Shown: piece by piece, positions 1 through 7,832 of the stretch
How positions within the stretch are numbered: the stretch's first letter is position 1
Layout of the letters: each line of letters opens with the position of its first letter
DNA from: Candidatus Sericytochromatia bacterium
GTDB taxonomy: Bacteria > Cyanobacteriota > Sericytochromatia > S15B-MN24 > UBA4093
NCBI GenBank assembly: GCA_036676495.1
Contig: JAKFCT010000085.1
Coordinates: 1-27,725, forward strand
DNA: 27,725 nucleotides
Direction: 5' to 3'
Notes under the pieces: generated by a model
Seen by the model: the letters and a program-made list of their open reading frames with translations, nothing else
Database searches by the model: none
Told to the model about the DNA's origin: nothing
Position numbers and translations under genes: made by a program

Positions 1-542
1 CTCTCATTAACGCCGGGGCCTGCAGAGTCGACGCAAACGATGCCGCTCGCCGTACCTTGAGACCAATCCAGCCCGATCCCGAAATGCTTGTCCTTTGCCC
101 ATAGACCGATCATGAATGGCTCCTTGCCTTCTGCTCGCTCTACGACAACGAGAACGTCATATTCCTCAGGCGGGCCGTATTCCAACGGCAGAACCGAAGG
201 CGTAGCTACGGTCGAAGAAACAGCTCGGAGAATGCCAGCGGCGAATCTCCACTCTCCGCCCCTAGCGTCGCGTTTTGGATTCGCTCGGAGAAGCAGATCG
301 ATGGCTGGAAGCGGTTTTTTCGTGAACGTCGCGCCGATGAGAGGCGCGGCGGGCGGATCGACGGTGATCCGGATCACGTCCGCCTTGGGCACCTTCAGTT
401 TCTGGCCATCGACGGAGACGATCTCCAACTGATCTCCGGCCTGCCCAAGCGACTTCCACCGGATCGACGTTCCGTTGGAGAGTACGATCTCGTCTGCGTG
501 GACGGCAGCCACGAGAAGGAACACGAGGAGAAGGCTCTTCAT
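1..542 (-). CDS. Secreted protein with a signal peptide (partial, runs off the window; missing from the ORF track)
   Basis: Manual translation from ATG 542 gives MKSLLLVFLLVAAVHA|DEIVLSNGTSIRW...IDLLLRANPKRDARGGEWRF...LPLEYGPPEEYDVLVVVERAEG..., open to base 1. The ATG overlaps the upstream TGA (ATGA). The PPEEYD-type domain resembles beta-sandwich domains I recall from Planctomycetota proteins (recollection, not searched). Confidence 0.8.
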   Translation of the reverse strand, partial: MKSLLLVFLLVAAVHADEIVLSNGTSIRWKSLGQAGDQLEIVSVDGQKLKVPKADVIRITVDPPAAPLIGATFTKKPLPAIDLLLRANPKRDARGGEWRFAAGILRAVSSTVATPSVLPLEYGPPEEYDVLVVVERAEGKEPFMIGLWAKDKHFGIGLDWSQGTASGIVCVDSAGPGVNE

Positions 543-1219
543 CGCGGGTCTCCTGAAGAAAGAGGATCCGGGCATCGGATGCCCAAGGCGGCGCAATGGC
601 GAAGCGCCTCGTCTTGCCACACATGTCCCCGGCGGATCGCGATCGTATAGGGGCATGGGCTGAGGCCGGAGATGACCGACAAATGGACTTGTTCCAGGTC
701 CCCGGTCTCGCAGAGCTCGAATTCCCAGGGCGTTCTCCGCTTCTGTACCCGTTCCATCAGGTAAGTCCTTCGAACAAGCGACGCCTGTAGAGAGAACCGG
801 TATGCGGTTCCGGGATCGTGCGGGCCCCAGGGCATCCCATCCATAGAGCGTGACGGAGGCGGTACCGGAGTCAAACGGAGGTACTGGACACGTTTGTCCG
901 AGAAGGCCTCCTGGGCGGCCCGCATCAGGAAATCGGTATCCCAGCGGGCGAGCGCGAAGTAATCCTCCATGAGAACGAGAACGAGGTCTGACGAGATCGC
1001 CTCGAGCGCCCGTGCGGCCGCGTGTCCCCAACCGATATCGGTTCCCGTCGTGACCACCCGCAGCCCTGGAATCTCCGCCCGGGTCTCGTTGGCCACGAGG
1101 ATCAGCGGCCACGGCCGATCCGGCCAGAACCGTTCGAGCAACCCGGCAAACGGCTTCCATGCGTCGTTATACCGGTCGCACGAAAAGGCGACGACGCACA
1201 CGGAAGGAACGGTGGTCAC
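539..1219 (-). CDS. Glycosyltransferase-like protein (GT-A fold)
   Basis: GTG start at 1219 after AGGTGA RBS. Motifs SCDRYNDAWKPF...FWPD, VLVLMEDYF (DxD-like), YLRLTP, YRFSLQA and TPWEFE are typical of GT-like genes in polysaccharide loci. Lies next to fcl. Confidence 0.7.
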   Translation of the reverse strand: MTTVPSVCVVAFSCDRYNDAWKPFAGLLERFWPDRPWPLILVANETRAEIPGLRVVTTGTDIGWGHAAARALEAISSDLVLVLMEDYFALARWDTDFLMRAAQEAFSDKRVQYLRLTPVPPPSRSMDGMPWGPHDPGTAYRFSLQASLVRRTYLMERVQKRRTPWEFELCETGDLEQVHLSVISGLSPCPYTIAIRRGHVWQDEALRHCAALGIRCPDPLSSGDPR

Positions 1220-1223
1220 GGGA

Positions 1224-2177
1224 TCACCTGAGCTCTTGGACAAGGTCCTTGCCCTGCGCGAGCCACCAGTCGACGGTTTTCCGCAGGCCTTCTTCGAGGC
1301 CAACCGACGGCGTCCACGCAAGGATATCCTTCGCGCGGCTTCCGTCGATGGCGCGTCTTGGCTGGCCGTCGGGTTTTTGGGGGTCCCAGAAGAGAGCCCC
1401 CTGGAACCCGACCAGCGACGCAATGATCGACGCGAGGTTTTCGATCGTGATCTCCTCGGAGCCGGGGAGATTGATGGCTCCCTCGTAATCCAGGCCGCCG
1501 ACCGCCCTGGCAATGGCCTCGGCCGCATCATCGACGTAGAGGAAACTCCTGGTCGCCTTGCCGGTGCCCCAGAGAGTGACGCTCTTCCGACCTGCCTGTG
1601 CCGCCTCGGAGATCCGCCGGATGAGAGCCGGGATCACATGAGACGTCCGCGCGTCGAAGTTGTCTCCGATGCCATACAGATTGCAAGGCACGAGATACGC
1701 ATACTTGAGGCCGCGCCGGGCCCGGTAGGCGGCGCACATGACCAGGAGGGATCTCTTGGCCACGCCATAGGGGGCGTTCGTTTCCTCCGGATAGCCATTC
1801 CAGAGATCTTCTTCCCGAAACGGAACCGGGCAGTGCTTCGGGTAGGAACAGACTGTTCCGACAGCGACCACACGCGCGCCGGCGCTCGCGGCGGCCTCGA
1901 TCACGTTCATGCCCATGCGCATGTTGTCGGTGAAGAAGTGGTCTGGATGTTCCTGATTCGCTCCGATGCCTCCGACCCGCGCGGCGAGGTGGACCGCCAC
2001 TTCGGGCCTCGATTCCAGGAATGCCCGATAGGCCTCCGCCTTGTCCCTCAGGTCATAGCCGAGGCTCCGGCTGACGGGATATACCCGGGCGCCGGCCGCA
2101 TCGAGAATCGCGGTCAGCCGTTTTCCGAGAAACCCGGTCGCGCCGGTCACGAGAACCTTGAAGTCCTTGATCGTCAC
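1224..2177 (-). CDS. fcl: GDP-L-fucose synthase (extended SDR epimerase/reductase)
   Basis: VLVTGATGFLG Rossmann motif, HLAARVGGIGAN, CSYPK, YPEETNAPYGVAK (YxxxK), NLYG..DNFD..SHVIPALIRR, WGTG..TRSFLYVDDAA, KPDGQPRR. GTG start at 2177 overlaps the upstream TGA. Confidence 0.95.
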   Translation of the reverse strand: MTIKDFKVLVTGATGFLGKRLTAILDAAGARVYPVSRSLGYDLRDKAEAYRAFLESRPEVAVHLAARVGGIGANQEHPDHFFTDNMRMGMNVIEAAASAGARVVAVGTVCSYPKHCPVPFREEDLWNGYPEETNAPYGVAKRSLLVMCAAYRARRGLKYAYLVPCNLYGIGDNFDARTSHVIPALIRRISEAAQAGRKSVTLWGTGKATRSFLYVDDAAEAIARAVGGLDYEGAINLPGSEEITIENLASIIASLVGFQGALFWDPQKPDGQPRRAIDGSRAKDILAWTPSVGLEEGLRKTVDWWLAQGKDLVQELR

Positions 2178-2524
2178 ACATCTAGCCCCTGAGAAATCCG
2201 TTCCGCCGAAACATGGAGCAACCATGTCGCTCCCGCCGCCACAAAGGCATCGACGCCCCATGCGATTCCAGGAATGACGTTCGGCCAGACGAGAAGGCAC
2301 GGAGACAAGCCCTTGATCGACAAGGCCAGACCCGCCCACAAAGCGATGCACGGAGGACAGCGTACGAGGGCGGCCAGAGGTTTCAAAAAGACCAACCAGC
2401 GCAATCGCGACAGCCGATCCAGGGGGCGCTGAAGAAGAAACTGGCCGGCCTTCAGAACGCCGACCACGGTGCCAATGCCATAGGTGGCCAGGATGAAGAC
2501 GGAAAGACCGGCGGCGATTTCCAT
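2174..2524 (-). CDS. Small multi-TM membrane protein with CPPC motif (DUF1360-like)
   Basis: MEIAAGLSVFILATYG...LVRCPPCIALWAG, with three hydrophobic segments. ATG lies 1 nt after the upstream TAA. Confidence 0.7.
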   Translation of the reverse strand: MEIAAGLSVFILATYGIGTVVGVLKAGQFLLQRPLDRLSRLRWLVFLKPLAALVRCPPCIALWAGLALSIKGLSPCLLVWPNVIPGIAWGVDAFVAAGATWLLHVSAERISQGLDV

Positions 2525-2525
2525 C

Positions 2526-2903
2526 TTATTTCTGCTGCTGCCCTTCACGAAGCTTAGAAAAATAGTCCGCGAGATCGAACTTCTCGTCGCCCTTGGGTCG
2601 GACGATGGTCGCCGCATTGAGCGGCATGGGAACGCCGACCCATTCGGCGAGTTTTTTCGTGGTCGAGGCGACGGCCAAGCCTATCGGGATCTTCGCCACC
2701 AGAACCTGTTCTTCGCGGTCGTAGATCTCGTATGCCGTGATCTGGGGGTAGAGGAGCTGGACGAGGTGCGCCACGGTCACGACGGCCGATAGCGCATTCG
2801 GGACTTCGATGTCGAAAAGGAACGGCTTCGGCGCCGCGGTGGACCAGAGAACGACGCGGTAAGGCCGCACGGGGATGTTATGGGCTTCGTCCGCGCCGTC
2901 CAT
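2526..2903 (-). CDS. Hypothetical protein
   Basis: 125-aa ORF with globular composition, tightly packed between neighbours. Confidence 0.7.
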   Translation of the reverse strand: MDGADEAHNIPVRPYRVVLWSTAAPKPFLFDIEVPNALSAVVTVAHLVQLLYPQITAYEIYDREEQVLVAKIPIGLAVASTTKKLAEWVGVPMPLNAATIVRPKGDEKFDLADYFSKLREGQQQK

Positions 2904-2904
2904 C

Positions 2905-3420
2905 TCAGACCCCGAGATTCTTCAGCGCCTCGGAAAGCTGACGGGCAAAACCGCCGGTCACCTGGAAGGGAAAGCCGAACATCCGGAGCGTCATCACCGG
3001 AGGCCCGTTATCCTGGTAGTAGTCCATGTCGAGGATTGGGCCCCAGGGCGTATCGATCCGGGTGATCTGATCGCTCTGTTTCGGGACACGCTCGGTCGAA
3101 AGGACCTCGAAATATTCTGCCGGATGCGCCTTGCAGAGATACTTTCCGGTCCTTCGATTCATCATCCAGAAACAGCACGGCCAGAGCGATAGATGAGGCT
3201 TTCCCTCGTGTTCGATCACCTCATGGACCATGAACTGGTTTGGCCAGCCCAGCGCGATCAGCCGGATCGGGGTGACGTGACTGAGCTTCCTGTTTTTCAC
3301 CGCGTCGAGACGGACGCCTACTTTCATCCTGGCGCGGAACGGGCCCTCCGATTCGGCGGGCGCCGGCCCCTGAGTCGCCGGGACAGGGTCACCGGGATGA
3401 TCCATTGCCCCCACCTCCAC
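2905..3420 (-). CDS. Hypothetical protein (WPCC...CKAH motif)
   Basis: 171-aa ORF packed in the operon. The start may be the later ATG (MDHPG) after GGAGGT. Confidence 0.65.
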   Translation of the reverse strand: MEVGAMDHPGDPVPATQGPAPAESEGPFRARMKVGVRLDAVKNRKLSHVTPIRLIALGWPNQFMVHEVIEHEGKPHLSLWPCCFWMMNRRTGKYLCKAHPAEYFEVLSTERVPKQSDQITRIDTPWGPILDMDYYQDNGPPVMTLRMFGFPFQVTGGFARQLSEALKNLGV

Positions 3421-3733
3421 GTCCGATGCCCGCCAGTCTCCGGATGCAGTGCTCGGGAGTCTCGTAGCCCCGGATCCTTCCCACGATCCAGGCTTTCAGG
3501 AATTTGGATATCCGGATGGTCGTCTTTTTGCCGCGACGGGCCAAAAGCATGCGGCCGGCGCGGATCGGATGTCCGATCTCTCCGTGACCGCGTTCCCGGA
3601 AGAGCCTGCGGAGCGTCGCATCGACGATTTCCCCCGGGCGCGCATGGCGGTTGATGAGCCGCCTCATCTCCTTCGTTACGGCGATCGTGGTATCTGGCCT
3701 CTCTAGACGCCGCCGCATCTCTTTTGTTGGCAT
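3389..3733 (-). CDS. Tandem ribbon-helix-helix-like DNA-binding protein
   Basis: Two repeats, TTIAVTKEMRRLI...GEIVDATLRRL and TTIRISKFLKAWI...YETPEHCIRRL, match the TTIxV/IS...E...RRL RHH/antitoxin pattern. First gene after a promoter. Confidence 0.65.
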   Translation of the reverse strand: MPTKEMRRRLERPDTTIAVTKEMRRLINRHARPGEIVDATLRRLFRERGHGEIGHPIRAGRMLLARRGKKTTIRISKFLKAWIVGRIRGYETPEHCIRRLAGIGRGGGGNGSSR

Positions 3734-3745
3734 CAGCGCATATCC

Positions 3746-3774
3746 AATCTACACGAGGCTATGGGTGTTGTCAA
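3746..3774 (-). promoter_or_regulatory. Sigma70-type promoter for the RHH-fcl-GT operon
   Basis: TTGACA-17 nt-TAGATT on the minus strand in an AT-richer intergenic gap. Confidence 0.7.
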
Positions 3775-3782
3775 GCGTCCGA

Positions 3783-4700
3783 TCAGCTTGACGACCAGGC
3801 GACGAGGGCCATGGCGGCAAGGCCCGCCACGACCAAAAGCGCATAATCCTGAGCCGTCGGGATGCTTTCCCCGATCTCCTTGGCAAGAGCGCTCATAAAG
3901 GCTGCGCTCGGAGAACGGAGGCCCACGCCGGCATCCGAGAGAATGATCCAACGCCGGCGGATCTCGTCCTCTTCCTCCTGGAGCCTGCCGAGTTCACCTG
4001 CAGTAAGATCCGGCATGGCCTTGACGCGATCGATGGCCGCGAGCCATTTTCCGGCATCCGCGCGCCAGGATTCCGCCTGTGGAAGGACAAAGAGGGGAAG
4101 CGTTAGATCGTAGAGGGACGGGTTCTCGATCAGGCGTCCAACATCCATATCCGAAAGTACGGGACCGGAGCCGGACAAACGCAGTTTGAGTTCGGACCAT
4201 CGCCCTGCCAAACTGTCGTTGGCCAGCCGGCGAAGCCCTCGAGACATTTCATCGGCCGACGCAAGTTCCTGGAGCGCCCCATCGGCCGTGGTGTCGGAAG
4301 GCCTGAGAAGCGAGAGGATGCCGCCCGCGGCAAGCCCAAAACCCGAGACGAGCCCGACGATGTTCCATTTTGGAGGAAGGAAACCCGTCGCCACGAAGGA
4401 AAGGCCGCTGGCGGCGAAAAAACCGACCGCTTTCGCCACATTCCCGGTATCGGTCCCGATCTTGGAATCCTGTGACTGGCCCAGATGAGGCCGGAGACCC
4501 ATCGTCCGTGAAACGGAGCCTGTAGGAAGAACCCGGCTATAGGGTCGACTTCCTAGAGTGAAGCCGCTTGCGGCCCAGATAAGTCCGTCGGCGGCCACGC
4601 CAGGCCAATTCCAGAGCCTGCCATCGGCCAGTCTACGGAGCTTTCCAGAAACAGGATGACCGATGCCTTGAGCGCCTTCGCTCTCCGGCAGGATGGTCAT
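3783..4700 (-). CDS. Putative virion membrane protein (LGQ leader, internal TM hairpin, C-terminal TM)
   Basis: ...RPHLGQSQD, hydrophobic segments AVGFFAASGLSFVATG and WNIVGLVSGFGLAAGGILSLL, C-terminal YALLVVAGLAAMALVAW. Confidence 0.7.
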   Translation of the reverse strand: MTILPESEGAQGIGHPVSGKLRRLADGRLWNWPGVAADGLIWAASGFTLGSRPYSRVLPTGSVSRTMGLRPHLGQSQDSKIGTDTGNVAKAVGFFAASGLSFVATGFLPPKWNIVGLVSGFGLAAGGILSLLRPSDTTADGALQELASADEMSRGLRRLANDSLAGRWSELKLRLSGSGPVLSDMDVGRLIENPSLYDLTLPLFVLPQAESWRADAGKWLAAIDRVKAMPDLTAGELGRLQEEEDEIRRRWIILSDAGVGLRSPSAAFMSALAKEIGESIPTAQDYALLVVAGLAAMALVAWSSS

Positions 4701-5692
4701 TCGGAGGACTCGTGAGGAGCCCCCCTTTCGTCGTAGACGACGTAACCGCCGTCCTCGCCAGGCGCGCGCGTCCCCCCATCATCGAGCGCGTGCTGGACCG
4801 CGTCCCCGGTTCAGCCGAAGGGACCTGCGGTTCTGCATGCCCCCCCGGTCGCCGGCCCCCAGTAGTCGACCCAGAAGGATTCTGCAAAACCGCTCGACGG
4901 AGGCGTTCCAGGAGGCGGAGGCGATCCGCAAGGTTCCCATACGACGATCGTTTTCGTCGGGCGATCGCAGTCGGACGGATCCAGGATCTGCCATCCCGAA
5001 GCGAGATCGACCGCGAGGCCCTCACGGCCTTCGACCTCTACCCGAAATGTCTCCTTTCCAAGGCAGAGATTCGCCCGAGCGCCGCGTCCCGGATCGACGA
5101 CGGCTCCCCACCAATACCGTCCTGCCCTAGGAAGGCCAGGGACGACGACGCGCTCCACGATCTTCCCTTTCGCCGTGTGATCTCCAAGCCTGGCACCGCA
5201 GCCGATCTTGAAAGGCTCCGGCCTCTCGCCCTGCAGCCTCATGAGGAGAGGTTTGCCGAAGATGATCCCGAGGCTCACGATATAGGCGGGAATCGAAAGC
5301 CAAGGGAGCGCGAGAAAGGTTCCGGCGATGGCCGCGCCGGCGGAGACGACGAGCGTCGTTTTTACCGCCGAAAGCTTTTCGTCACGCGCCCCGATCAAGC
5401 ATTCCTGGAGATCGAAGAGAGCCAAAAGCCCATCCCTCGGGATCGAAATGGACCCGGCCCCCCGGTGTCGCTCGATGGCCTGGGTCATCGCGCCGACCCG
5501 ATCAAGGATCGGTTGCCAGTCCCCAGGAGGGCAATAGGCGTGGAACTCTATCGGGTTGTCATTGGCGAACCCGATGACATCCTCGACCGCACGGACGACG
5601 AGCTCGCCCTCTTCGGCGGAAATCTGGATCGTCTGTCCAGGCGCCGGAGACGGCGCGAGAACCGGGCCCTGTCCAAGGAACGCGACTGCCAT
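4697..5692 (-). CDS. Putative virion membrane protein with in-frame TGA at 4811-4813 (candidate Sec/readthrough); 4811..5692 if the TGA is a true stop
   Basis: Starts MAVAFLGQGP and has a TM hairpin and Cys-containing C-terminal part. After ...CRTAGPFG-TGA the frame continues TGDAVQHALDDGGTRAPGEDGGYVVYDERGAPHESSE to a TGA at 4697-4699 that overlaps the next ATG (4700). Confidence 0.7.
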
Positions 5693-5693
5693 C

Positions 5694-5825
5694 CTACCGC
5701 TTCTTCCGTTTCCCCTGGAAGACGCAGGTGCCCTTGACCCGTTTGCCCGAACGCATGTGGCTTTTCCGCCAGAATCGTCCCGGCCGGCACTTCCGGCCGC
5801 CGAGCTCAAGGAGCGCGTCGGCCAT
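5694..5825 (-). CDS. Small basic Arg/Lys/Cys-rich protein (possible nucleic-acid-binding core protein)
   Basis: Manual translation MADALLELGGRKCRPGRFWRKSHMRSGKRVKGTCVFQGKRKKR, with a strong GGAGGAGGT RBS. Fills the gap exactly. Confidence 0.7.
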   Translation of the reverse strand: MADALLELGGRKCRPGRFWRKSHMRSGKRVKGTCVFQGKRKKR

Positions 5826-5828
5826 CGT

Positions 5829-6092
5829 TCACCTCCTCCTCGTGGGGCTCCGTGAACCGACCTCGATCACCGTCTCCGGATGGTGCCTTTGTCCGATACC
5901 GAGGTATTTCAGGGGACACGAGATCGGCTCGACGAGCGGATCCCCGCGCTCCTTTCGGAACTTGACTCTGCGATCGGTTCCGACCTCGGCGATCCGTCCG
6001 TCGCCGAGCTTCTTCCTGAGGACGGCTCCGCGCCCGGGTTTGCGGTAGCAATGCCCGGGCGAAAGCTCGCTCAGCCGCGCGAGCTGTCTCAC
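5829..6092 (-). CDS. Hypothetical basic protein
   Basis: GTG start 2 nt after the upstream TAA, with GAGG RBS: MRQLARLSELSPGHCYRK... Confidence 0.6.
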   Translation of the reverse strand: MRQLARLSELSPGHCYRKPGRGAVLRKKLGDGRIAEVGTDRRVKFRKERGDPLVEPISCPLKYLGIGQRHHPETVIEVGSRSPTRRR

Positions 6093-6094
6093 GT

Positions 6095-6349
6095 TTACTG
6101 CCTCGTGAGCGCCGAAAAATCGTTCCAGGCCCGGATGCCCGCCATAAGCGCGACCAGCCATCCGACGGTCCGCCAGCCCCCCCGGAAGCTGAGTCCGGCC
6201 GTGACGCCGAGGGCGGTAGCGAATCCGTTCGAGATCAGTCCGACGACGCGGTTGTCGAGCACGCTCGACTGCCCGAGGATCGGTCCGCGGTATCCGAGAT
6301 TCGGCCGTCTCTGGATGATCGGCATGCCCATCCGCGTAACCATGTTCAT
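6095..6349 (-). CDS. Small 2-TM membrane protein with LG/LGQ leader
   Basis: MNMVTRMGMPIIQRRPNLGYRGPILGQSS... followed by two hydrophobic helices. ATGA-coupled to the upstream gene. Confidence 0.7.
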   Translation of the reverse strand: MNMVTRMGMPIIQRRPNLGYRGPILGQSSVLDNRVVGLISNGFATALGVTAGLSFRGGWRTVGWLVALMAGIRAWNDFSALTRQ

Positions 6350-6657
6350 CGCTTCTTCCTCCTCGCCGAGTCCCGGGTTCCGAGATCGGCAACCGACGCG
6401 TTCATGCAGTCCGTCAAAGAACAAGCCGGCGTTTCCCGGATCACCAGGCGGCGCTTCTTTCCAGCTCCAGCCAGGGCACCGGGAGCTACGAAGTAGAAAC
6501 GGTTGCCCCGCCTCACCGCCGCGACCGAGGCGCGGGAGGCGCCCGCAAGATCCGCGACGATGATCCGGTCCCCCACAAGTTCGCTCCTGGCGATCCGGAG
6601 CGGCCCGTCCGGCCGCTTCATTCCCTCCAGGGCTCAGGCATCGACCTTGATTTTCAT
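6346..6657 (-). CDS. Hypothetical protein with in-frame TGA at 6634-6636 (candidate Sec/readthrough)
   Basis: ATG 6657 overlaps the upstream stop (ATGA) and reads MKIKVDA-TGA-ALEGMKRPDGPLRIA...PACSLTDC. The downstream ATG 6621 has GGAGG only 2 nt away, which is poor spacing. Confidence 0.65.
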
Positions 6658-7028
6658 GCCCATCGGCCTCCTTCCAGCGCGCGACCCGTTTCCCGGGCGA
6701 TCCTCAAACTTGACAGCATCGCCTCGGCCGCGACGTACGTCTCCTCGGCGCGCTCGATGGCAAGGGCCGCCTCATCGAAGACCGCGGCCGTCTTTTCCGC
6801 GCCCAGGAGGTCGACCAGCGCCTCGGCTTGTCTGGCGATCCCCTCGGCCCTTTTCCTGGCGCCAACAAGCTTTGCGTGGGCCCGTTCCCGTTGGGCCAGG
6901 ACGGTTTCCGACGGGTGATCGACGGGAGGCGGTTGGGGCGTGAACGGGAGCCTCACGACCTCTTCCTGACCGAGAAGAACTCTCGGCCCGGAGAGCCGCG
7001 AAAGCCCTGTCCACCGTCTGGATGCCAT
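6654..7028 (-). CDS. Helical/coiled-coil protein with LGQ leader
   Basis: MASRRWTGLSRLSGPRVLLGQEE..., GGAGG RBS, Ala/Glu/Arg-rich helices. Confidence 0.75.
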   Translation of the reverse strand: MASRRWTGLSRLSGPRVLLGQEEVVRLPFTPQPPPVDHPSETVLAQRERAHAKLVGARKRAEGIARQAEALVDLLGAEKTAAVFDEAALAIERAEETYVAAEAMLSSLRIARETGRALEGGRWA

Positions 7029-7036
7029 CCGGCCTC

Positions 7037-7819
7037 CTAAAACGCAATCCCGACGACGATCACTCCTACCGCAAGCGCGGCGATCCCTATCAGCGCGAAC
7101 GATTTACGCCGCTTCGACGAGAGACCATCCGCGCATGCCGTCACGAGATCGGTCGCATGGATGTCTCGGACCGTGGCCTGGACCAGATCGGTCTCGGGCC
7201 GCGCAAGCTCGTCGGCGAGTCTGGCCCGGAAGGAACGCGCATCGGCAAGGACGAGGGGATCGATCGCGAGTCCGCAGGCCTCTTTTCGTTCTAGGTCGCT
7301 TGCCTCGGCAACCTTGGCGATGGATGAATCCAGAGCCTCGAGTACGGCCTCGGCTTCGGGCCTGGCGAAATCGACGGAGGGACCCGGGGCGGGGCCGGCC
7401 TGAGTTCCGCCAGGGGGCGGCGGCATCTCTTCTCTCGGCGGTTCTGCAGGCCCTTCGTCCTGGCCCAGATGATAGGCTCCGTAAGAGCCCATCCGGAGCG
7501 GAACCCAGGCGCGGCTGGACGCGTCAAAAGCCGTTCCGGCGCGGAGGGCCGCGTCGCCTCCCCTCAACTGACTTGACATCCGAAGCACTTGAGCGGGTGC
7601 CTGGGTTTCGCGGCCGGAGATGCCCTTGCGGGTTGCCTTGGGCCTTCCGAGCCTGACCTCTTCCGGATTCCTATCCATCTCGTTCCACGCCGCCGGCCTG
7701 GAGCGCGTCACGCGCGGCATCATGCCCGCGCCGCCTCAACCCAGTCCGGGTTCTTCTTTCTCCGCGCCCTCCGGGCGCGGACCGAGCGGCATCGACTTTC
7801 CTCAACCCAGGGCGCTCAT
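7037..7819 (-). CDS. Tail-anchored putative virion protein with two in-frame TGA codons (7802-7804, 7736-7738)
   Basis: GAGGAGG RBS, then ATG 7819: MSALG-TGA-GKSMPLGPRPEGAEKEEPGLG-TGA-GGAGMMPRV..., in frame with the 7037..7723 ORF. Contains YHLGQDEG, a two-Cys helical domain and C-terminal TM FALIGIAALAVGVIVVGIAF. Confidence 0.7.
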
Positions 7820-7832
7820 CGGGCCTCCTCGG

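Noticed and set aside
430-455. SLGQ in the secreted protein at the left edge
   Set aside because: It lies inside a folded domain after a normal signal peptide, so it is probably chance and was not counted in the LGQ set.
5823-5831. TGA at 5829 is in frame with the next ATG (possible further readthrough)
   Set aside because: The TGA is part of the GGAGGTGA Shine-Dalgarno of the next gene, so an ordinary stop and restart explains it.
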